Below the pieces are notes generated by a model. It had not been told where the DNA came from, searched no databases, and saw only the letters and a program-made list of their open reading frames with translations. This document shows positions 57,056-64,000 of a DNA stretch of 64,000 nt, piece after piece; positions within the stretch are counted from its first letter, which is position 1; each line of letters begins with the position of its first letter. The position numbers were made by a program, and so were the translations under genes. This stretch comes from Candidatus Omnitrophota bacterium (GTDB lineage Bacteria; Omnitrophota; Gorgyraeia; Gygaellales; Profunditerraquicolaceae), in the NCBI GenBank assembly GCA_022710715.1, contig JAKLGJ010000002.1, positions 17,590 through 81,589 of the forward strand. The letters run 5' to 3'.

Positions 57056-57955
57056 TTACGAGCCGTTCTCTTCCACTATCACCGCCGCGCCTTCGCGCAA
57101 ACGCTGCTGCCCCATGATCACCACTTTATCGCCGACGGTCAGGCCCCCCACGATCTGCACAAAGGGTCCCTGACGCACGCCCGCCTTGACATCCCGGACC
57201 GACGCCTTGTGCTCCTTGATCACATATACATACTGCTGCGGATCTTTGCCCAGCAGCGCTTCCTTGAGCACCACCAATGCGTCCTTATATTCCCGCGTCA
57301 CCACCTTGACCTTGGCATACATGCCTGAACGCAGTTTATGTTCCTTATTATCTATGCCGATCTCCACCTGACAGGTGCGCGTCGCCGTATCCACCATCGG
57401 ACTGATGCGCGTGATCGTGCCGTTAAAAACTTCATCCGGATATGCTTCTACGCTTACCGCGGCATTCATCCCCGCTGAAATGCTGGGAAGGTATTTTTCC
57501 GGCATGTCCAGGAACACTCTGACCCTATCCATATCCACTATCAGCGCCACCGGCGCTTGCGGCGAAACGTTAGCGCCGGTATCCACCAGCACCCGCGCTA
57601 CCATTCCGGTCAGCGGAGCTTCCACCGCCGCTTTCTCGAACGTCAATCCCACTTCATCGCGGTCGATCCAGGCAATGGTCTCGCCTTTGGCTACACTGTC
57701 GCCTTCCTGCTTGACCTTTTCCACGATCTTGCCGGGCACTTTAGGATAAACAAACGTCTCCTCCTGGGCCTTGACGTTAGCTACATAATCGATGTATTCC
57801 TGGATGGTTTCGGCTTTGACCGTAACCACCTTGACCGGGATCGCTTCCTCGCCGACCGCCTTCGGAGCAGTCATCTCTTTTTTCTGACAGCCGCAGCACG
57901 CCAGACAAAGCACGCCCACAGCCGTTACTATCCGATAATACCGCATCCCCTTCAT
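57056..57955 (-). CDS. RND efflux periplasmic adaptor (membrane fusion protein, HlyD family).
   Basis: Lipoprotein signal peptide (VLCLACCGC), with the biotinyl/lipoyl-like and beta-barrel segments of MFPs. Confidence 0.8.
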   Translation of the reverse strand: MKGMRYYRIVTAVGVLCLACCGCQKKEMTAPKAVGEEAIPVKVVTVKAETIQEYIDYVANVKAQEETFVYPKVPGKIVEKVKQEGDSVAKGETIAWIDRDEVGLTFEKAAVEAPLTGMVARVLVDTGANVSPQAPVALIVDMDRVRVFLDMPEKYLPSISAGMNAAVSVEAYPDEVFNGTITRISPMVDTATRTCQVEIGIDNKEHKLRSGMYAKVKVVTREYKDALVVLKEALLGKDPQQYVYVIKEHKASVRDVKAGVRQGPFVQIVGGLTVGDKVVIMGQQRLREGAAVIVEENGS

Positions 57956-59226
57956 TAGTGTCCTCCAGTGGCTTTGTCAAACTGCGCCTTGGCGATAAGA
58001 TAATCGTATATGGATTGGGTCTGATTGAACACCGCGATCCGATAACTCAACGCCGCATCATGCTGATCCAGACGGCTGGTTATCCCGGCTTTATACTTTT
58101 CTTCGATAACGGCTAATCTGTCCCTATACATCTCGATCTGCGCTTCCATGGCGTGCAACTGCGCCAGGGCGTTCTGTAAAGACAGATACGCGTTTTTGAG
58201 CTCCAGCGCGATATCCGCGGCGGTTTTTTCCTTGAGCAATTGGGTTTCTTTCACGTCGATCAAAGCCTGTTGTACTTTGGAGCGGGTCAACCAGCCGTCA
58301 AAGATCGGCCAGGAAACGGTCAGCGCCGCAACAGTATAATCATTCCAGTTCTTCTGCGTGCCGGTAACCCCGTGCGAACGGTTATAATAATCCCAGGACG
58401 CCGCTACCGTCGGACGATTCCCCGCTTTAGCCGCCTCCACCCCGCTCTGCGCCGCCCGCACCTGCGCTTCCAGCTGCCGGATCTCCGGCCGCGACTTCAT
58501 CGCCAGCAGAAAAGCCTGGTCGTAAGCGGTTTCCCTGGCTTCATAACGCAACTCTCCCTGCACGCTGATCGATGCGTCTTTATCAAGATACAACAGATTC
58601 TTCAACGTCGCCGCGGCCTGCTGCAGTTGATTGAACGACTCCTCGTAAGCCTGACGGACCGCGCTTAAAGAAGCGCGCAGGCTCAACACGTCCGATTCCG
58701 AAGCCTGGCCGCTCCTGTAGCGCGCCAGAACCAGGTCCAGATGCTCCCGGGTATTGTCAAGGATGCCTTTATTCACCGCCAGCAGTTCCTTCGCCAATAC
58801 CAGCGCATAAAAAGTTTTTTTCACGTTCAGCACCAGGCCTTGCCTGGAGACATCGAGCGCGGCTTCGGTGGCAGTGAACGTATGTTCGCCGGCGCGCACA
58901 GCATTGACCAGCTTGCCGCCGGCATACAACAACTGCGACGCGCCCACCTGCCAGGAATAAACGCTCAAGCTCTTGTCGTAAAACCCGCGGGTGTGCGACC
59001 AGCCGGCAGCCGCGTCGGCTCCAGGCAAAAGCGCTGCCCGGGCTTCCGCGATACGGGCTTGCGCCTTGCGCAGATCCTCGGCTTTCATCAGCACATCGCG
59101 ATTATCCCGCAGGGCGATCGTTACAGCCTCGTCCATGGTCAGGGCGATCTCCGCCGCCCCGACTCCTGGCGCGAACAGCATAATGCAAACGCCGGCTATG
59201 ATCGCCGCACGATAGACGTTATTCAT
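57955..59226 (-). CDS. TolC family outer membrane efflux protein.
   Basis: 423 aa with a signal peptide and the two repeated alpha-helical/beta-barrel TolC halves (LTMDEAVTIAL..., the LQNA terminus). Confidence 0.8.
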   Translation of the reverse strand: MNNVYRAAIIAGVCIMLFAPGVGAAEIALTMDEAVTIALRDNRDVLMKAEDLRKAQARIAEARAALLPGADAAAGWSHTRGFYDKSLSVYSWQVGASQLLYAGGKLVNAVRAGEHTFTATEAALDVSRQGLVLNVKKTFYALVLAKELLAVNKGILDNTREHLDLVLARYRSGQASESDVLSLRASLSAVRQAYEESFNQLQQAAATLKNLLYLDKDASISVQGELRYEARETAYDQAFLLAMKSRPEIRQLEAQVRAAQSGVEAAKAGNRPTVAASWDYYNRSHGVTGTQKNWNDYTVAALTVSWPIFDGWLTRSKVQQALIDVKETQLLKEKTAADIALELKNAYLSLQNALAQLHAMEAQIEMYRDRLAVIEEKYKAGITSRLDQHDAALSYRIAVFNQTQSIYDYLIAKAQFDKATGGH

Positions 59227-59690
59227 TTTTTGTCGGATAGGTGCTCCTCTTGCAAAATCTGACGGATACGCGTGATGATCCGCAGATATTGACTGCGATC
59301 TTCCTCGGTAATTTTACCGAATATATCGATGATAAACTGGCGTTTCTGAAGGTTGAATTTTTTGACCTGCGCGGTGCCCCGGGGAGTCAGGCCGATCCGG
59401 ATGATCCTGCGGTCGGCGCTGTCGTATATGCGCTTGACATAGTCGCCCTTAACCATGCGCTCCACCACGCCGGTGGCCGCGGCAGTGGTTACATTCAAGA
59501 AATGCGCCACTGCCGTCATCGTAGCTTCGCCTTCATTATGCAGATAATTCATCACCAAAAACTGCGGCAGGGTAATGTTACACTTGGAAAGCTCGTTGGC
59601 TTCGCGACGCAGAAAACCGCGCATAACCTCCGGCAGGAGTTCATTGAGCCTGTCCGCAAAATGGGAAAGCGCGTCGTCAACCATTATCAA
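59223..59690 (-). CDS. MarR family transcriptional regulator.
   Basis: 155 aa winged-helix protein (LPQFLVMNYLHNEGEATMTAVAHFLNVTTAAATGVVERMVKGDYVKR) and first gene of the efflux operon. Confidence 0.8.
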   Translation of the reverse strand: MIMVDDALSHFADRLNELLPEVMRGFLRREANELSKCNITLPQFLVMNYLHNEGEATMTAVAHFLNVTTAAATGVVERMVKGDYVKRIYDSADRRIIRIGLTPRGTAQVKKFNLQKRQFIIDIFGKITEEDRSQYLRIITRIRQILQEEHLSDKK

Positions 59691-59731
59691 TCTCCCTGAT
59701 TATTAATATACCTAACAATCAATCCTATTGA

Positions 59732-59759
59732 AAGTATAGCAGATTAATTATTTTTGTCA
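59732..59759 (-). promoter_or_regulatory. Putative sigma70-type promoter of the marR efflux operon.
   Basis: On the minus strand: TTGACA (complement of 59754-59759), a 16-nt AT-rich spacer, then TATACT (complement of 59732-59737), about 40 nt upstream of the marR ATG. The region is AT-rich with imperfect inverted repeats (TTGAAAG...TTGTCAA). Confidence 0.4.
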
Positions 59760-59808
59760 AGGCAATGTTTGCGGCGGGCGCGGGACAACGGCAAGACAAA
59801 GGGAAAGC

Positions 59809-60093
59809 CTAATAAACCGATTCAAACATAAGGTCGCATTTGGTGATCCTGTTGACCAGTCCGAAATCGAGCTCCTCGATCAGGACTTCGAAGGTTTTGG
59901 TGCCCCGGCTGCGGAACCCCTGGACTTTCACTACCGAGCTGGCGATACTTTCCTGTCCGGAGAAAATCACCAGCTTGAAAACCGCGGTGTGGTAATCTTT
60001 GCTGGTTTCATTATGGATCTCCCCGGTCACTACGATCCCCCTGCCGGCTGCCGGTTTCTTGGTTTCGATATTATAATAGGAGAAATTTGCCAT
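59809..60093 (-). CDS. Hypothetical protein.
   Basis: 94 aa: MANFSYYNIETKKPAAGRGIVVTGEIHNETSKDYH... No family recognised. Confidence 0.3.
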   Translation of the reverse strand: MANFSYYNIETKKPAAGRGIVVTGEIHNETSKDYHTAVFKLVIFSGQESIASSVVKVQGFRSRGTKTFEVLIEELDFGLVNRITKCDLMFESVY

Positions 60094-60108
60094 TCTTCCG
60101 CTCCCTGA

Positions 60109-61128
60109 TTATGCCGGCAGGATGCTCAACCGCTCGTTGTGACTGCGCATGCCCTGACGTTCGATTTTTAACAATTTGAATTCTTCGATCACCCGCACCA
60201 TGTCTTCTCTGGTCCTGGACCGGGTTCCGGCTTCACGCAGATGGCGGGTAGACGCCAGCCCCCAGGTATACCAGATGAAGAATTTCCTGAACACGACCAC
60301 TCCCACCCGTTCGCCATGATACTCGATACACAGATCAAGATGCCGCAGCATCATCTCCGCGATCTCCGCGGAGCCGGGACGCGCGGGCAACTGTTCCGTC
60401 GCAAAAAAGCTCTTCAGCTCCTGAAATATCCAGGGATTCCCTAACGCGCCGCGAGCCACCAGAACCGCGTCGCAACCGGTCTGGTCGAACATCTTACGGG
60501 CCAGCGATGCAGAAAATACATCGCCGCTGCCGATCACCGGGATATGCAGGCTTTTCTTGACCTGCGCAATGCTTTCATAATTGACCGTTCCGGCGTAATG
60601 CTGGTTCTGCGTGCGGCCGTGCACGCACACCGCTTGCACACCGGCATCTTCGGCCGCCAGTGCGCACTCCCGGGCAGTGAGGGTGCGAGCATCCCATCCG
60701 GCGCGCAGCTTGACCGTGACCGGAACCGGGGAATGTTTCACTACGATAGACAACAACTTCTTGAGTTTTGCGGGATCCTTCATCAACGCCGCCCCTTCTC
60801 CCCGACGAACGACTTTACGTTCCGGACAGGCGGCATTGAAATCGAGGATGTCAAACCGATAGCGGGTAATGATATCCATGGCGCGTTCGACAAACGTCTC
60901 CTCGCAGCCCAACAGCTGCACTCCCAGCGGCCGGTCTTCCGCGGTCGTGGTCAACAGTTGTCTGGTTTTGGCGCTTTTATACCCCAGGCAGCGGGCGTTG
61001 ATCATTTCCACGAAGGCAAAATCACACCCGAACCGGCGGTTGAGCAGCCGGAACGGCAAATCGCTGATGCTCGCCAGAGGCGCAAGGATAAAGCGGGATG
61101 CAATCTTCAGCGTTCCAATTTTGAACAT
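60109..61128 (-). CDS. dus: tRNA-dihydrouridine synthase.
   Basis: From the ATG at 61128: LAPLASISDLPFRLL, GVQLLG, and the FMN-binding TIM barrel (DINAACP...VTVKLRAGWD...VHGRT). The 85-codon N-terminal extension was rejected. Confidence 0.8.
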   Translation of the reverse strand: MFKIGTLKIASRFILAPLASISDLPFRLLNRRFGCDFAFVEMINARCLGYKSAKTRQLLTTTAEDRPLGVQLLGCEETFVERAMDIITRYRFDILDFNAACPERKVVRRGEGAALMKDPAKLKKLLSIVVKHSPVPVTVKLRAGWDARTLTARECALAAEDAGVQAVCVHGRTQNQHYAGTVNYESIAQVKKSLHIPVIGSGDVFSASLARKMFDQTGCDAVLVARGALGNPWIFQELKSFFATEQLPARPGSAEIAEMMLRHLDLCIEYHGERVGVVVFRKFFIWYTWGLASTRHLREAGTRSRTREDMVRVIEEFKLLKIERQGMRSHNERLSILPA

Positions 61129-61177
61129 AGACGAATGCGTTGAGGGAACAGAAGGCGTTCTCGCCATGAGGCAGGGG

Positions 61178-62128
61178 TTATTCGGTAAAGACGCCAATGT
61201 TTCTGAATTTCTTGTACCGGGCAGCCAGCAGATCCTCTTTGGACATATCCCGCAGTTCCTTAAGATGCTTGAGCACCGTCTCGCGCAGGATCCGCGCGGT
61301 CCGCTGCGGATCGCGATGGGCTCCGCCCAGAGGTTCCGGAATAACTTCATCGATGATGCCCAGCCGTAAGAGCTCGTTGGCATTGAGCTTCAGGACTTCC
61401 GCCGCCTCCGGCGCTTTGAGACTGCTCTTCCAGAGGATTGCCGCGCACCCTTCCGGAGAGATCACGGAATAATAGGAATTTTCCAGCACGCAGACCTTGT
61501 CGGCGACGCCGATCCCCAGAGCGCCGCCCGAGCCGCCCTCGCCGATAACCGTAGCCACGATAGGAACCCGGATGCAGGTCATCTCCATCAGATTCGTAGC
61601 GATAGCCTGCGCCTGCCCGCGTTCTTCCGCTCCGATGCCGGGATACGCGCCGGGAGTATCGATGAGGATCACCACCGGCAGATCGAACTTTTCCGCCAGG
61701 CGCATCAAACGCAGCGCCTTGCGATATCCTTCGGGATGAGCGCACCCGAAATTGCGGCTGATATTCTCTTTGATATCGCGCCCTTTTTGATGCCCCAGCA
61801 CCATCACTTTCTGCCCTTCTATCCTGGCAAACCCCCCGATCAACGCCAGGTCTTCCGAAAAGAGCCGGTCGCCGTGCAATTCCACGAAATCCGTAGCGAT
61901 CAGGGAAATATAATCAAGGGTGTACGGCCGCTGCGGATGACGCGCGATCTGAACCCGCTGCCAGGGCGTCAACGCCGTATAAATATCTTTCTTGGTGATC
62001 TCCAGCTTTTCTTCCAGGCTTTTGATCTCGCTGGAAAGGTCGATCTTCTTCTCGGAGTGGAACGTTTTCAACTCCTGGATCTTCTTTTCAAGCTCAATGA
62101 TCGGTTTTTCGAAATCCAATCCTGCCAT
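61178..62128 (-). CDS. accA: Acetyl-CoA carboxylase carboxyltransferase alpha subunit.
   Basis: From the ATG at 62128: MAGLDFEKPIIELEKKI...IDTPGAYPGIGAEERGQ...VIGEGGSGGALG are AccA hallmarks. Confidence 0.85.
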   Translation of the reverse strand: MAGLDFEKPIIELEKKIQELKTFHSEKKIDLSSEIKSLEEKLEITKKDIYTALTPWQRVQIARHPQRPYTLDYISLIATDFVELHGDRLFSEDLALIGGFARIEGQKVMVLGHQKGRDIKENISRNFGCAHPEGYRKALRLMRLAEKFDLPVVILIDTPGAYPGIGAEERGQAQAIATNLMEMTCIRVPIVATVIGEGGSGGALGIGVADKVCVLENSYYSVISPEGCAAILWKSSLKAPEAAEVLKLNANELLRLGIIDEVIPEPLGGAHRDPQRTARILRETVLKHLKELRDMSKEDLLAARYKKFRNIGVFTE

Positions 62129-62142
62129 AGTTATTCCTGTAG

Positions 62143-62985
62143 TTAGTCCACGATAGTGACTTCTGTGCCCTGGGGAACGATGCCATACAGCTCTTCCACC
62201 TCGGCGTTGAGCATGCGAATGCAACCCGCGGTCGATTGCGTGCCCAGGCTCTTGGGCTCGGTGGTCCCGTGAATACCGTATCCTTCCTTGTTCAACCCCA
62301 TCCAGCGCGTACCCAGGATGTTCTCGGGACTGCCCGGCGGAGCCATGCCGCCGCCGGGTTTATACCAGGGCGGATTGACCAGCTTCTCGATGATTTTGAA
62401 GGTTCCCACGGGAGTGGAATTGTTGGTACCGCTGGCAATGGTATAGGTCTTGAATATCTCCTCGTCGCTCTTGAGAATAAGCGTATTCTGGGATTTGTCG
62501 ACTACCACGCTGAACGGCGCGGTCCAGACTTTGAGCTTCTTGCCGGGGAAAATATTCTCGCTGGAAAGATTATTGCTTCTTTTGATCAACTCCACGGTGG
62601 TTTTGTGTTCGCGGGCAATCTTTTCCAGGGAATCACCGGGCTTGACTTCGTATTCCACGCTCTTGGCGGTGATCACCGGCGAAAAAAGCAGGCGCATGGT
62701 CAGGTCTTCGATCTTTTTCTGCCAATCCATCACCGGCCGGGCATTAGGAAATTCCCCCACCAGCTGTTGATACATGTTTTTGGCTCCCAGTAGATCGCCT
62801 TGCAGTTCGCTCTTCTTCGCTTCCGCCAGCAATTCCGCGGCTTTGCCGGCGGGCGCGTCCATGCGGGAACCGGCGCCCCAGCGCATGACCAGCCCGACAC
62901 CGATAGCTGTAGCCACCACCGCGATCACCAGAATAATCTTTTTATTCACGCTTCTGCCTCCGCTATTTATAGGCGATAACGGCAA
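62143..62985 (-). CDS. L,D-transpeptidase (YkuD) with a LysM domain.
   Basis: N-terminal TM anchor. LysM (YEVKPGDSLEKIAREHKTTVELIKRSNNL). YkuD catalytic region HGTTEPKSLGTQSTAGCIRM. Confidence 0.75.
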   Translation of the reverse strand: MPLSPINSGGRSVNKKIILVIAVVATAIGVGLVMRWGAGSRMDAPAGKAAELLAEAKKSELQGDLLGAKNMYQQLVGEFPNARPVMDWQKKIEDLTMRLLFSPVITAKSVEYEVKPGDSLEKIAREHKTTVELIKRSNNLSSENIFPGKKLKVWTAPFSVVVDKSQNTLILKSDEEIFKTYTIASGTNNSTPVGTFKIIEKLVNPPWYKPGGGMAPPGSPENILGTRWMGLNKEGYGIHGTTEPKSLGTQSTAGCIRMLNAEVEELYGIVPQGTEVTIVD

Positions 62986-63412
62986 TAAAAACTCCCAGGA
63001 TAAATCCGCCGATGACTTCGATGGGCGTATGCCCGATGAATTCGCGCAGCCGGCCTTCCTGGATCTTCCCCTGCCAGTAAATATCGTCCATGATCTTGTT
63101 CAGAATCCTGGCCTGTCTGCCGCTGGCCCGGCGCACGCCCTGCGCGTCGAACATCACCACGAGCGCAAATGAAGCCGCCAGGGCAAAAAGCACGCTGTCA
63201 AAGCCGTGCGTAAACCCGATAGCCACTGCCAGACAGGTAGCTCCGGCGGTATGGCTTGACGGCATGCCGCCCGTGCCCACAAACCAGCGAAAATCGACTT
63301 TTTTCTCCTTGATATAGCCGATGATCACTTTCATGGTCTGGGCAATCACCCAGCTCAAGAGCGTGACGATGAAAATTTTGTTGGTAATCAGTTCTCTGGC
63401 GATATTTCTCAT
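62963..63412 (-). CDS. Divergent PAP2 family membrane protein (DUF212).
   Basis: 149 aa with GGMPSSHTA and a 4-TM layout typical of the acid phosphatase/haloperoxidase-related divergent PAP2 family. Confidence 0.65.
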   Translation of the reverse strand: MRNIARELITNKIFIVTLLSWVIAQTMKVIIGYIKEKKVDFRWFVGTGGMPSSHTAGATCLAVAIGFTHGFDSVLFALAASFALVVMFDAQGVRRASGRQARILNKIMDDIYWQGKIQEGRLREFIGHTPIEVIGGFILGVFIAVIAYK

Positions 63413-63416
63413 ACGA

Positions 63417-64000
63417 TTAACGAGGCGAGGGCTGGACTTCGATCTTTACTTTTGCAGGAAAAGTATTCCGGCCGTCTCTGACCAGAAACCCCTTGTTGCC
63501 GATAACGATCTCGGAAACTTCCTCTTTGGTGTCCTTGATGAACGTAAGCGACGATTGCGCGCGCGTGCGACGGGTTTTCCGCCGCAGATCGCGGATCATC
63601 TGTTTCAGGCTGTCGATCGACCCGATTTTCGCCTCAAGCAACGATTTTTCCTGCGTGGCATTGACCACATCCTGCTTCAGGGTGGTCACCTGCTCCAGCA
63701 ACGCCTTGTTCTCCGCTTTAACCACGAACATCTGCGCATTCAAATCGTCGATCTCTTTGGTGGTTTGCTCAATATTGACCTGCAAGGCTTCCTGTACCTT
63801 GGCCAGAGTTTCCGCGCTGACCTGCAGCTGGTCCTTTAACCCGCCGTTCTCCTGGGTCAGGCTCTCTTGAACCTCTTGCTGCTGCTGAATTTCCTGCTGC
63901 AGAGCTTCTTTATCTGCTTCCAGTTGGTCAACTTCTTGCCGGATCTCTTCCAGATCGGTAACCAGGTCGTATTTCTCCTTTACGGTCGCCACAAAGGAGA
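63417..64000 (-). CDS. Coiled-coil protein, 5' end possibly beyond the window.
   Basis: A Q/E/L-rich heptad sequence (LEEIRQEVDQLEADKEALQQEIQQQQEVQESL...) with a C-terminal globular segment. The apparent start is a GTG at 63992; the frame is open to the window edge. Confidence 0.35.
   Translation of the reverse strand, partial: SFVATVKEKYDLVTDLEEIRQEVDQLEADKEALQQEIQQQQEVQESLTQENGGLKDQLQVSAETLAKVQEALQVNIEQTTKEIDDLNAQMFVVKAENKALLEQVTTLKQDVVNATQEKSLLEAKIGSIDSLKQMIRDLRRKTRRTRAQSSLTFIKDTKEEVSEIVIGNKGFLVRDGRNTFPAKVKIEVQPSPR

Noticed and set aside
1-64000. Numerous plus-strand ORFs of 60-340 aa in the six-frame track, for example 15173..16168+, 23000..23290+, 40041..41048+ and 43994..44944+.
   Set aside because: All lie antisense to strong minus-strand genes with clear homology and show no recognisable motifs. 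They are typical shadow ORFs in GC-rich DNA.
1-64000. CRISPR arrays, IS elements, integrases, phage or toxin-antitoxin genes.
   Set aside because: I scanned by eye for regularly spaced direct repeats, transposase-like ORFs and the HEPN/PIN/RelE-size gene pairs. None were found. The window looks like core chromosome.

Overview
This is a GC-rich (roughly 58-60%) bacterial chromosomal segment with about 75 tightly packed genes. Almost all are on the minus strand; only a CDF transporter, rpsT and a tRNA-Leu are on the plus strand. The content points to an anaerobic diderm bacterium, given BamD, LptE, Lnt, a TolC-type outer-membrane channel, MurJ, SecA and type IV pilus PilT. Housekeeping genes include hppA (H+/Na+ pyrophosphatase), sufCB, lgt, thiE, secA, prfB with its programmed +1 frameshift, murJ, rpsT, accA, dus, rlmN, nfo, tRNA-Ala(GGC) and tRNA-Leu(CAA). 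One block at 7.4-13.5 kb encodes anaerobe oxygen/ROS defence: trxB-like, glutaredoxin-like, PNPOx-like, 1Fe superoxide reductase, an unlisted rubredoxin, a flavodiiron protein, Hrb, and a ferritin-like/VIT1 fusion. Other modules are a split ChrA pair, an orphan AmmeMemoRadiSam radical SAM gene beside a THUMP-less ThiI-like PP-loop ATPase, a CsgG-like lipoprotein pair, larB-larE, a MarR/TolC/MFP/RND efflux operon, and comEA-comEC. No CRISPR arrays, IS elements or phage genes were seen. The most unusual feature is a single 952-codon ORF in which a complete response-regulator receiver (REC) domain is fused in-frame, through a Pro/Ala-rich linker, to a full leucyl-tRNA synthetase. A second candidate novel module is a translationally coupled uvrC-like / PEGA-domain / processive GT2 synthase operon. 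All calls are from reading the translated ORFs and remembered family motifs; no database searches were run.
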